IMG/VR virus record: IMGVR_UViG_3300032245_001170
Span: 1-64,000 of that record
Direction: 5' to 3' (one strand)
DNA from: a virus
DNA: 64,000 nt
The notes under the pieces were generated by a model. That model saw nothing but the letters and a program-made list of their open reading frames with translations, ran no database searches and had not been told where the DNA came from. Every line of letters begins with the position of its first letter. Position 1 is the stretch's first letter. Positions 11,001 to 18,939 of this stretch are shown piece after piece. The position numbers and the translations under genes were made by a program.

Positions 11001-13671
11001 TCGTTTACGTATCTTCCCACCAAATACAACTAATACAAAGACATTTGCCGCAGCTAACGTAAATACCGGTGCGGATACAATTACTATTACTTCCCACGGT
11101 TACGTAACTACAGACGTTGTTCAGTTCCTTCAAGGAACTGGTGTTGCCCCTGGTGGTACTACAACTGCACAGTACTACTACATTGGTCGCGTAGATGCTA
11201 ATACCGTAAAACTGTATAACAGCGCTGCAGATGCGAACTCTGGTACTGGCGCGGTAGACTTAACAACTACAGGTACTGGAACAGACTTTACTTTAACTAA
11301 GACTACTCCTTCAGCACCAATCATTCGTCGTATTACAGCTATTGGTTCTGATACACAGGTAACTGTTGACCGAGCTTATGCAACTACTTACACAGCAGTT
11401 TCTTACGCTTACTCAACCTTTATTTACACACGACCTCAAGGATATAACCTACACCGCCCATTTGATGGTGGAGTTGAGATGTCCGTAGGTATTGGTAGCT
11501 CTTGGGCTCAAATTATTCGACAAACACGTAAGTACTTCCGTTACCAGTCAGGTAAGGGTTTACAAACTTCGTTTGGTATCAACTTCAAACCAACTATTGA
11601 CCTTGAAGATCTAAAGCGTATTAGCTCAACTACATTTCAAGCTACTACTCGTAGACCTCACGGTTTAATTAACGGTTTGTATATCGAGATCTCTCAGGCT
11701 GAAACTTCTACCGGTGAGACAAGCACCCTATACAACGGTATTTTCCAAGTAACGGTTCTTGATCCAACAAACTTTACATGCCTTGCAACTAGTACTCTAC
11801 CTACAGGAGCTGAGTCTAAAGCTTACGGATTCCCACAATTCTATGTACGTTATTGGACAAACGGAGCTGTACGTGCAGGTATGTTTGATTTCCAGAACGG
11901 CATGTTCTTCGAATACGACGGTCAAAAGATTTGGGCTGTTCGTAGATCTTCTACTCAACAGATTGCCGGAACAGTGGCCGCTTTACAGGGAACTGAGTTC
12001 GTATTTGGTAGTGGAACTACTTTTACTACCCAACTAGATGTTGGTGACTATATTGTTATGCGTGGACAGTCCTATAAGATTTCTAGCATTATCAGCGATA
12101 CTCGCCTAACTATTAAGCCAGAGTACAAGGGTTCTACTGGAACTGAAAAAGAATTTGATCCAGGTAATGGAACTACCGGCGTTGTAAGAGTTGCTACCGA
12201 TACTTTTAATATCATTGGTCACGGTTTTAGCAATAACTTACCTGTAACCTACAACTCTATTGATGGAACTCCTATCGGAGGTCTTATCAACGGCCGTACA
12301 TATTACATTGATTTAATTGATAACAATAACTTTGCTCTGAAGGCAACTCCAGACTCAGTAACAGACGTAGCTATTGCGGATGCCGGTGCGGGAACACCTC
12401 ACTCATTTACTCCAGCAAAGTCTGGAATCATTGTTACTAAGACAGTGGATACACGTACCCCTCAAGAAGAGTGGAGCCTAGACAAGTGCGATGGCACCGG
12501 AGTCACAGGCTACAACCTTAACCTAGGTACTATTCAGATGGCCTACATGGACTACTCTTGGTACGGTGCGGGTAAGATCCGTTACGGCTTTAAGACAAAA
12601 GAGGGTGAAGTTCAATATGTACATGAGTACATTCACAACAACTTCCAGCTTGAGTCTTACTTCCGTTCAGGTAACTTGCCTACTCGCTATGAGGTAGTGA
12701 CCTTTGATAACCCAACTTACATTCCGTTCCTATTCCACTGGGGTACCTCAGTTATTATGGACGGTAAATTTGATGATGACAAGGCCTACTTGTTCTCTCA
12801 GAACAGTAACACACTTGCTATCTCAGGAACAACAACCAAAACCTTTGGTTCTACGGCAGTTATAACAGCCACAGATAGAATTAACATTCCGTCTCACGGT
12901 TTTGCTACTGGTGATGCAGTTGTGTTTGAAGGACGTACTCGTACAGGCTTGATTGGTACAAACATCAACAACCCTCAAACTGCAAACACTGTGTTCCATC
13001 CCTATACGAATCTTCAAAATGCCCTTACATACTATGTAAGAAGTATCGATGCAAACAATATTGCCTTGCATGGATCTGCTGCGGACGCTACGTTTAGTTC
13101 GGGTACTGGTCAAAACACAATTGACCTACAGACTCAAGGTAACAGTCAGTTTACCTTCTACATCTACCCAGCTGGTGCGTACAACAATGCCTCCGGAGCT
13201 GCTTATCAACCACTCATCTCAGTTCGTTTGTCACCATCAGTATCAAGCGGTTTAACAGGTAAGCTTGGTGATCGAGATGTTATTAACCGAATGCAGCTAC
13301 GTATGAAAGAAGTTGCGGTATCCACTACTCAGCTTGTAGACGTTAAGCTCCTTATCAACCCTCGTCTAAATAACCTTAACTTTACTGGAGTTGTTTCTCC
13401 ATCACTTACTCAGATCATCCAGCACACTGGTAACGATACTGTTTCGGGTGGAACTCAGATTTACAACTTCCGTGCTTCAGGTGGTGCTAGCGGTGCGGAT
13501 CAAGCAACCAGCGTAACTATTGACGATTTGTTTGAACTTTCGAACTCTATCTTAGGTGGAGACTCTGTGTTCCCAGACGGACCGGATATTCTAACTGTTG
13601 CGGTTTCTCGTTTAACAGGTAGTACAACACAAACATCTGCTAAGTTAACGTGGACTGAAGCACAGGCATAG
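8083..13671 (+). CDS. Giant virion structural/fibre protein (glycine-rich domain plus tandem beta repeats)
   Basis: 1862 aa; repeated TITIPSHGF…IGGL…YY…IKLA units; RQTRKYFRYQSGKG and DYSWYGAGKIRYG motifs. Confidence 0.8.
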   Translation: MPINITAAGGEGTHSFAKTNVNVAEDYIYYKNTGADIIPANMSLGKTFIYTPGVGSLSGISSGDLLYVVTSNPKQLKFSASSGGAAVNITAETAGSIKFNTPIVYANKLNIDGQTANRQAVKYFTDSTPLTGLVSGSTYFLRNVSISDFAGAQALYTLTSNTHTFTSGGVTGANPPTIAQLRAAYTTATAWRDTYLRQGDYQGYQDWTVPVSGTYSFNVKGASGYEGSGGGAAGRGAIVEGRIQLTKGEIITVVVGQRGAAPSSGTIWGGSGGGTFVVRKTGKQPLFIAGGGSADANGAAGRDGHLGNIAATSTSGIASGGNTGFGGLSTPGYSAGGGGFLGVGENATTGELGGGSFQNGLGITSSNLRVGGYGGFGGGGQSDGQQQGQSGGAGGYSGGGGARNTLPQQAGGGGGSFITTLATNVATSTGLWEGSATFGAAGAITNLNAYNTGDGNVVVSLVNSFTTGHTVHPTAADADAGTNAIAIAPAGSSFHAFVPITVDLGSNTFHFPDAHNLITNDAITYTSSGTLVGGMALNTIYYVEKINNFSYQISASPTLTPKVDLTTPSFSTDDTFAKVIVNIATNTLTIPSHGFLANQPIRYQTNGGTPIAPLQNNATYYVKQVVDNNNITLSQSLNGPVIDLTAAGTGVGHSFVYVVVNIVEDSIYIPGHDLVTGQRVVYSNGGGTGIGGLTNGAQYFIFKVDNNIVKLSTNKAGTAIVNLTSVGTGNHTLTTASVDFATETISIPSHGFSQGELVQYDAVGQTAIGGLTSGNPYYIILIDGDNIKLATSLENATSGTAVNLTTAGVGRHRILSLSKSPDGTYTIASIPSPTTFTVSAGGFVPAIVKTFTPRTVIDTQQNNLKLVSHGFLTTTKVRYNNNGGTSIGGLTHNTDYYVVVINKDYVRLATTAENAASGVVISFTDFGAGVDHSLTSFQINGNVTGSGTVSTASGGTLVTGFNTAFSKILKVGDRLRIFPPNTTNTKTFAAANVNTGADTITITSHGYVTTDVVQFLQGTGVAPGGTTTAQYYYIGRVDANTVKLYNSAADANSGTGAVDLTTTGTGTDFTLTKTTPSAPIIRRITAIGSDTQVTVDRAYATTYTAVSYAYSTFIYTRPQGYNLHRPFDGGVEMSVGIGSSWAQIIRQTRKYFRYQSGKGLQTSFGINFKPTIDLEDLKRISSTTFQATTRRPHGLINGLYIEISQAETSTGETSTLYNGIFQVTVLDPTNFTCLATSTLPTGAESKAYGFPQFYVRYWTNGAVRAGMFDFQNGMFFEYDGQKIWAVRRSSTQQIAGTVAALQGTEFVFGSGTTFTTQLDVGDYIVMRGQSYKISSIISDTRLTIKPEYKGSTGTEKEFDPGNGTTGVVRVATDTFNIIGHGFSNNLPVTYNSIDGTPIGGLINGRTYYIDLIDNNNFALKATPDSVTDVAIADAGAGTPHSFTPAKSGIIVTKTVDTRTPQEEWSLDKCDGTGVTGYNLNLGTIQMAYMDYSWYGAGKIRYGFKTKEGEVQYVHEYIHNNFQLESYFRSGNLPTRYEVVTFDNPTYIPFLFHWGTSVIMDGKFDDDKAYLFSQNSNTLAISGTTTKTFGSTAVITATDRINIPSHGFATGDAVVFEGRTRTGLIGTNINNPQTANTVFHPYTNLQNALTYYVRSIDANNIALHGSAADATFSSGTGQNTIDLQTQGNSQFTFYIYPAGAYNNASGAAYQPLISVRLSPSVSSGLTGKLGDRDVINRMQLRMKEVAVSTTQLVDVKLLINPRLNNLNFTGVVSPSLTQIIQHTGNDTVSGGTQIYNFRASGGASGADQATSVTIDDLFELSNSILGGDSVFPDGPDILTVAVSRLTGSTTQTSAKLTWTEAQA

Positions 13672-13680
13672 GGGGAGACC

Positions 13681-14856
13681 ATGGCGATTGTTCGACTTGG
13701 GGCTTACACACCTGCCGCCAATACTTCATATGCACTTTATAATGTTACTACTTCGCACCTTGTATCTGTAATAGCTGCTAATACTTTAACCTCTAGCACA
13801 ACAGCTACTAAGGTAGATATTTGGGTTGTTCCTCAAGGAGTGTCTACTACTAGTGGGTACGCGTATGTTACTTCTAACTTAGAAGTCGGTTTGGGTCAGG
13901 CTTTTGAAACCTTTAAGTTTGGCGTAGTTGCTGGAGATACTTTATTTGTTAAGTCTACGACTGCCGGAACTTCTTTTTTAGTTCAAGGAATGTCTCAAGA
14001 TTCTGAATACAGCATTAATGATGTGCCAATTACTTTCACTAATAAAATCATTAGGGGAAATAATAATACTGTATACCCGGAAATAGGAACGACCTCAGAA
14101 AGACCAAGTGCTGCTGAAGTAGGCTATTGGCGGTATAACACTGATTTAAATTACATTGAATTTAAAACACCTACAGGTTGGGCAGCAGCTGCTGGACCTA
14201 CCGGGCCTGCTGGATCAACGGGTAGTTCTGGACAAGGTTTATCTTTAAAAGGAACTTACGCAAGTCTTGCAGCATTGCAGGCTGCAGTTCCTACCGGAAC
14301 TATCGGTGATGGGTACTTAGTTGGACAAAACCTATACGTATGGTCTGCAACAAATAATGCTTGGGTAGACACGGGACAAATTGTGGGGCCAACTGGTCCT
14401 ACTGGCCCTTCAGGAGGCCCTACAGGCCCTACAGGTCCACAAGGACTTCAAGGATCCACTGGACCTACAGGTCCTGCGGGAGCAGACGGTAGTCCAGGAA
14501 GCGTAGGACCAACAGGCCCTACAGGTTCAAGTGGATTAAGTATTGTTGATAATTTTCAAGTAACAAATGCTGGAACAGGTTCCTACACTATAGACGGAGT
14601 TACTAGTAACCCCACTTTAACTTTAGTAAGAAATCAAACTTACTTTTTTACGGTAAATGCATCTGGCCATCCATTTTGGTTTCAAACAACCTCTGGAGCT
14701 TACAATTCAGCAAATACTTACAGTACTGGGGTAACAAACGGCGGAGATGATGTGGGCGGTATTACATTTACTGTTCCTGCCGAAGCTCCCAATACGTTAT
14801 ACTACATATGTCAATTCCATTCATCTATGAATGGCACGATTAACGTGATTGGTTAG
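13681..14856 (+). CDS. Collagen-like fibre protein with C-terminal cupredoxin-like domain
   Basis: GPT repeats; C-terminal GHPFWF…[13 protein letters not shown]. Confidence 0.8.
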   Translation: MAIVRLGAYTPAANTSYALYNVTTSHLVSVIAANTLTSSTTATKVDIWVVPQGVSTTSGYAYVTSNLEVGLGQAFETFKFGVVAGDTLFVKSTTAGTSFLVQGMSQDSEYSINDVPITFTNKIIRGNNNTVYPEIGTTSERPSAAEVGYWRYNTDLNYIEFKTPTGWAAAAGPTGPAGSTGSSGQGLSLKGTYASLAALQAAVPTGTIGDGYLVGQNLYVWSATNNAWVDTGQIVGPTGPTGPSGGPTGPTGPQGLQGSTGPTGPAGADGSPGSVGPTGPTGSSGLSIVDNFQVTNAGTGSYTIDGVTSNPTLTLVRNQTYFFTVNASGHPFWFQTTSGAYNSANTYSTGVTNGGDDVGGITFTVPAEAPNTLYYICQFHSSMNGTINVIG

Positions 14857-14866
14857 GGGTAAATAA

Positions 14867-16348
14867 ATGCCAGTAGTACGTTTAGGAAGCTCTAACCCTC
14901 TAAAAGATGTACAAACTACCCTAGTTACTGCTACTCGGGGATATGTTGTTTCGGTTATTGCTGCTAATAAAGGTGAGGTAAGCGCTACCTGCAGTGTTGC
15001 TGTGATACCTTCTGGTGGAACTTTAAATTCTAATGGAGTCTATATTATTAGAAACATTAGTGTTGGGGCCGGGCAGTCTTTTGAAACTTTTAGGTTTGCA
15101 ATAAATATTGGAGATGTTGTTACAGTAATAGGAAGCAGCGATAATTTTTCTTATTATGTAAACGGCGCTTATGAAAATATTGGAAATCAGTACGTAACCT
15201 ATAACGCAGGGCCACCACCGTTTCCGTCTATTGGAGATATTTGGATTAGCTCTATAACAAACGCTACCTCATTTTGGAATGGTTCTGAGTGGAACGTGGC
15301 TATATCTCAAGGACCAACCGGACCTACAGGTTCTTTTGGTGCTACAGGTCCACAAGGCTTAACTGGATTAACTGGTCAAACTGGAGCTACCGGCCCAACA
15401 GGTCCAATAGGCGCTGGACTTAATATCCTCGGATCTTTTTCTACATATGCAGCTTTGATCGCAGCGTACCCTACAGGAAGTATCGGAGATGCTTACTTAA
15501 TCTCTGGAGATCTTTGGGTATGGTCTGGAACTCAATGGCTTAACACTGGAAACATCCTTGGCCCAACTGGTCCTACCGGCCCTACTGGAGCTGCTTCACA
15601 GGTAACTGGGCCTACTGGGCCTACCGGACCAGTTTCCACAGTTCCATCTACAGTAACGGGCCCTACAGGCCCTACTGGATCTACAGGGCCGACTGGACCT
15701 CTTGGACCCACGGGACCAACTGGACCTCAAGGAGTTATTGCCGGAACTTCTCCTATTGTTTATAACGCGGGTACCTCTACAGTATCGTTTGATACAGATG
15801 CTTATGAGACTACGTTAGTTGGGTCTACTAATCAAGGGGCTACCACAGTAGATGTGTTCCCACGCATTGGAAACTTTACTGGCACGCCTTCTAGCGAAAC
15901 AACTTACTTTACTTTCTTTACGCCACGCATAACTACCTCTGTAACTTCTATCTCTGTAGCATCAGCCTCAACACAAACAACTGGGCAAAGCCTAGTTAGG
16001 TTTGGTCTATACACAGTAGATGGTTCTGGCAATGCAACATTGGTAGCTAGAACATCCTCAGACAGTACGATCTTTAGTGCCCTAAATACCGTTTATACCA
16101 GAACCTTTAATACAACTGGTGGGTATCCAGCAAGTTATACGTTGACTGCTGGCACTAGGTATGCAATTGGCGTAGTAGTTGTAGCCTCCACTGTCGGAAC
16201 TGTGTACACCGCCTTTAATGCTATTCCTGCTCCATTAAGCACCTTATCACCACGAGTTACAGGATTAGTAGCTTCAACTAGCGATCTACCTACCAGCGCT
16301 ACTAGCTACTCAACAAGCACGGTAGGAATTTGGGCGAGGTTATCATGA
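14867..16348 (+). CDS. Collagen-like fibre protein (N-terminus paralogous to 13681..14856)
   Basis: VRLG…VSVIAAN…GQ.FETF.F shared N-terminus; GPT repeats; Ser/Thr-rich beta C-terminus. Confidence 0.8.
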   Translation: MPVVRLGSSNPLKDVQTTLVTATRGYVVSVIAANKGEVSATCSVAVIPSGGTLNSNGVYIIRNISVGAGQSFETFRFAINIGDVVTVIGSSDNFSYYVNGAYENIGNQYVTYNAGPPPFPSIGDIWISSITNATSFWNGSEWNVAISQGPTGPTGSFGATGPQGLTGLTGQTGATGPTGPIGAGLNILGSFSTYAALIAAYPTGSIGDAYLISGDLWVWSGTQWLNTGNILGPTGPTGPTGAASQVTGPTGPTGPVSTVPSTVTGPTGPTGSTGPTGPLGPTGPTGPQGVIAGTSPIVYNAGTSTVSFDTDAYETTLVGSTNQGATTVDVFPRIGNFTGTPSSETTYFTFFTPRITTSVTSISVASASTQTTGQSLVRFGLYTVDGSGNATLVARTSSDSTIFSALNTVYTRTFNTTGGYPASYTLTAGTRYAIGVVVVASTVGTVYTAFNAIPAPLSTLSPRVTGLVASTSDLPTSATSYSTSTVGIWARLS

Positions 16349-16464
16349 GTGTAACTAAGGTAAGCTTAGGAACTGATCCGGAGACCGGAGCAGAAAAGTT
16401 TGAAGTAAAAGATGAAACCGGAGCTGTTATTGGCTACGATCTAGTTTACCCAACAGAGGAGTAA
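16345..16464 (+). CDS. 39-aa hypothetical protein (possible fibre chaperone); not in ORF track
   Basis: ATGA overlap with upstream stop, SD GAGG; [39 protein letters not shown]. Confidence 0.6.
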   Translation: MSVTKVSLGTDPETGAEKFEVKDETGAVIGYDLVYPTEE

Positions 16465-16466
16465 TA

Positions 16467-16643
16467 ATGAGCGAAGAAACAACCCCAAAGGTTAGCGCAG
16501 CAACATACGAAGAAGGTATCGTATTACTAGAGTCTGAACTAGAGCGTATTAAGACAATGCCTGCTCTAGACACTCGTGCAAAAGACCGTATTGAAGCAGC
16601 ACTAGAAGATTTGAAAAAGAAGGCCGCAGCAGCAGCTGAGTAA
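16467..16643 (+). CDS. 58-aa helical hypothetical protein; not in ORF track
   Basis: SD GAGGAG; MSEETTPKVSAATYEEGIVLLESELERIKTMPALDTRAKDRIEAALEDLKKKAAAAAE. Confidence 0.65.
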   Translation: MSEETTPKVSAATYEEGIVLLESELERIKTMPALDTRAKDRIEAALEDLKKKAAAAAE

Positions 16644-16666
16644 TCCCTACAAAATCGGAGCATAAT

Positions 16667-17743
16667 ATGAAGGTAGCTGTATACACGATTGCATTAAACG
16701 AAGTTCAGTTTGTAAAGAAATGGTACGAGTCTGCAAAAGAAGCGGATTATCTTTTAATTGCTGATACCGGCTCTACAGATGACACAGTAGCGTTAGCTAA
16801 GGGACTGGGAATAAACGTAATAAGCATTGGTGTAAAGCCTTGGAGATTTGATGACGCTAGAAATGCATCTTTAGCCGCCCTACCTTTAGATATAGATTAC
16901 TGCATCGCTTTGGATATGGATGAAGTTCTTATTGAGGGCTGGAGACCAGAGTTAGAAAAAGCCTTAAAAGAAGGTTGGACTCGCCCTAGGTATCAATATA
17001 CGTGGAATTGGAAAGAGGATGGCACCCCTGGATTGCAGTACGGTGGGGATAAGATCCATACTCGTAAGGGGTATCGTTGGAAACATCCAGTACACGAAGT
17101 TCTAACTACCAATCAAAGTAATGAAATACAGGGTTGGATAGGATTACAGATACACCATCATGCCGATAATAGTAAGTCTCGTGCTCAATACATGGACCTA
17201 CTTCAACAATCTGTAATAGAAGATCCTCATGATGATAGAAATGCTTTTTACTTTGCTAGAGAACTATTCTTTCATAATCAAAGTGAGAGGGCTATACAAG
17301 AGTTTGAACGTCACCTTTCCCTTCCTAAAGCTAAATGGCCACCAGAAAGAGCAGCCTCTATGCGCTACCTGGCTCGTCTAGTAATAGACACCCGGGAAAA
17401 AGAAGAGTGGTTAAAGAAAGCAGTTCGTGAAGCCCCCAATAGACGAGAGGCGTTTGTAGAGCTAGCTGAGTTCTACCACGACCACAGACGTTGGGAAGAA
17501 TGCCTTACTGCTGCTGAAAATGCAATATCTATAACAGAAAAGCCTATGGAGTACCTGTGCGAAGAGTTTGCTTGGGGACACATGCCTTATGATTTTGCTG
17601 CTTTAGCTGCCCATAATCTAGGAAATTCAGAGAAAGCCCTGACTTACGGCACTAAAGCTGTAGAATTAAATCCAGACGAACTCAGGCTTCAGTCTAACTT
17701 AGCCTTTTATTCACGGGAGACCCTAGATGCCAACAATTTATAA
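16667..17743 (+). CDS. Glycosyltransferase family 2 with C-terminal TPR repeats
   Basis: DTGSTDDT, FDDARNASL, LDMDE (DxD), W..PVHE motifs; helical TPR-like C-terminal half. Confidence 0.9.
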   Translation: MKVAVYTIALNEVQFVKKWYESAKEADYLLIADTGSTDDTVALAKGLGINVISIGVKPWRFDDARNASLAALPLDIDYCIALDMDEVLIEGWRPELEKALKEGWTRPRYQYTWNWKEDGTPGLQYGGDKIHTRKGYRWKHPVHEVLTTNQSNEIQGWIGLQIHHHADNSKSRAQYMDLLQQSVIEDPHDDRNAFYFARELFFHNQSERAIQEFERHLSLPKAKWPPERAASMRYLARLVIDTREKEEWLKKAVREAPNRREAFVELAEFYHDHRRWEECLTAAENAISITEKPMEYLCEEFAWGHMPYDFAALAAHNLGNSEKALTYGTKAVELNPDELRLQSNLAFYSRETLDANNL

Positions 17744-18062
17744 GATACTAGCTCAATCATCTCCAATTGCAAATACCCCCACCTTGCTTTATGGCCCTGT
17801 AGGTGCAGGTATTAATACTGTAGTTTCTACACTTGCAATTTGTAATAGGGGAAATAGTTCTTCTACATTTAGAGTTTCAATCCGTGAAAACGGAGCCGCT
17901 GACAACCCAAAACAGTATATTGCTTTTGATACTACAGTTCCAGCAACATCTACTATTACCTATACCCTAGGCATCACTTTAAAAACAGGAGATGCCGTGT
18001 ACGTGTATAGCTCTACTAACAATGTTTCATATAATGCCTTTGGATCGGAGATATCAGACTAA
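17727..18062 (+). CDS. Small beta-sandwich structural protein
   Basis: 111 aa; resembles the N-terminal domains of 13681 and 14867. Confidence 0.65.
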   Translation: MPTIYKILAQSSPIANTPTLLYGPVGAGINTVVSTLAICNRGNSSSTFRVSIRENGAADNPKQYIAFDTTVPATSTITYTLGITLKTGDAVYVYSSTNNVSYNAFGSEISD

Positions 18063-18655
18063 TGGCAATCAGAATAAATGGACAAGAAGCAGGTCCAATT
18101 AGATTTACTGATGATCGCCCAGGAACAACAATTCATATTGGGCCGTATCTTCCAACTACTGCCGCAGACGGCGATGTTTGGATAGACTCTGATACTCAAA
18201 ATAATGCTGGAAAAAATCTCTTACAAACTCTAAACTTAGCTACAATTGTTGGAAGAACTGTAAGTTTATCAGTAAATGCAAACTACAAAGATTTATATAT
18301 AGTTATACGAGGATTAGTTTTATCAACAGACGCTGATTTATTAGTGCGATGCAATAACGACGTAACAAGCTATATAGATAGTAGTGGTGTATCTTCAACA
18401 GAAATTGTAAAACTTGCGGGAATTAAAGGCGGAATTACAACTAACAAATACTCCCTTACTTTTGAAGACACGCAAGATAGTCAAGGTTTCTCAACTTGTC
18501 TTGCTCAAGGCGTATACAGAGCAGTGAATAACTCAATTGTGCCAGTACTTAGAGCTGGGGTATGGTTGCAAGTTCAACCAATTTCTTCTATTCAACTAAC
18601 AATTACTGCCGGCGGTTTTACCGCAGGTACGGTACTAGTGTTTGGAGTTAATTAA
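18062..18655 (+). CDS. Tail fibre-associated protein
   Basis: DGDVWID motif; C-terminal YKDL.IV…ISSIQL…GT..VFGV fibre-tip domain. Confidence 0.65.
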   Translation: MAIRINGQEAGPIRFTDDRPGTTIHIGPYLPTTAADGDVWIDSDTQNNAGKNLLQTLNLATIVGRTVSLSVNANYKDLYIVIRGLVLSTDADLLVRCNNDVTSYIDSSGVSSTEIVKLAGIKGGITTNKYSLTFEDTQDSQGFSTCLAQGVYRAVNNSIVPVLRAGVWLQVQPISSIQLTITAGGFTAGTVLVFGVN

Positions 18656-18936
18656 TGGGACTAAGGCGTTGGAATCAAGTAGCAAACACTTGGGAATCTT
18701 TTGGAACCGCTCAAGCTGATCCCGCATCTATTGGAGCAGCGGCATCTTTGCACGCCACTCAACACGCTCAAGGTGGCTTAGACCCAGTCCTACCAACAGC
18801 TATTGGAGCAGTAAGCGTAACTAATGGATCAGTAACAACTGCTAGTACTAGCTCTGGCGTTGTAAGAAACATTTTTACCTCTACTGGAACTCCTGTTGGC
18901 GGTAACGATGGGGACATCTGGCTGAAGTACGTGTAA
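18655..18936 (+). CDS. Short tail fibre/adaptor protein
   Basis: HATQHAQGGLDP and RNIFTSTGTPVGGNDGDIWLKY fibre motifs. Confidence 0.65.
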   Translation: MGLRRWNQVANTWESFGTAQADPASIGAAASLHATQHAQGGLDPVLPTAIGAVSVTNGSVTTASTSSGVVRNIFTSTGTPVGGNDGDIWLKYV

Positions 18937-18939
18937 GCC

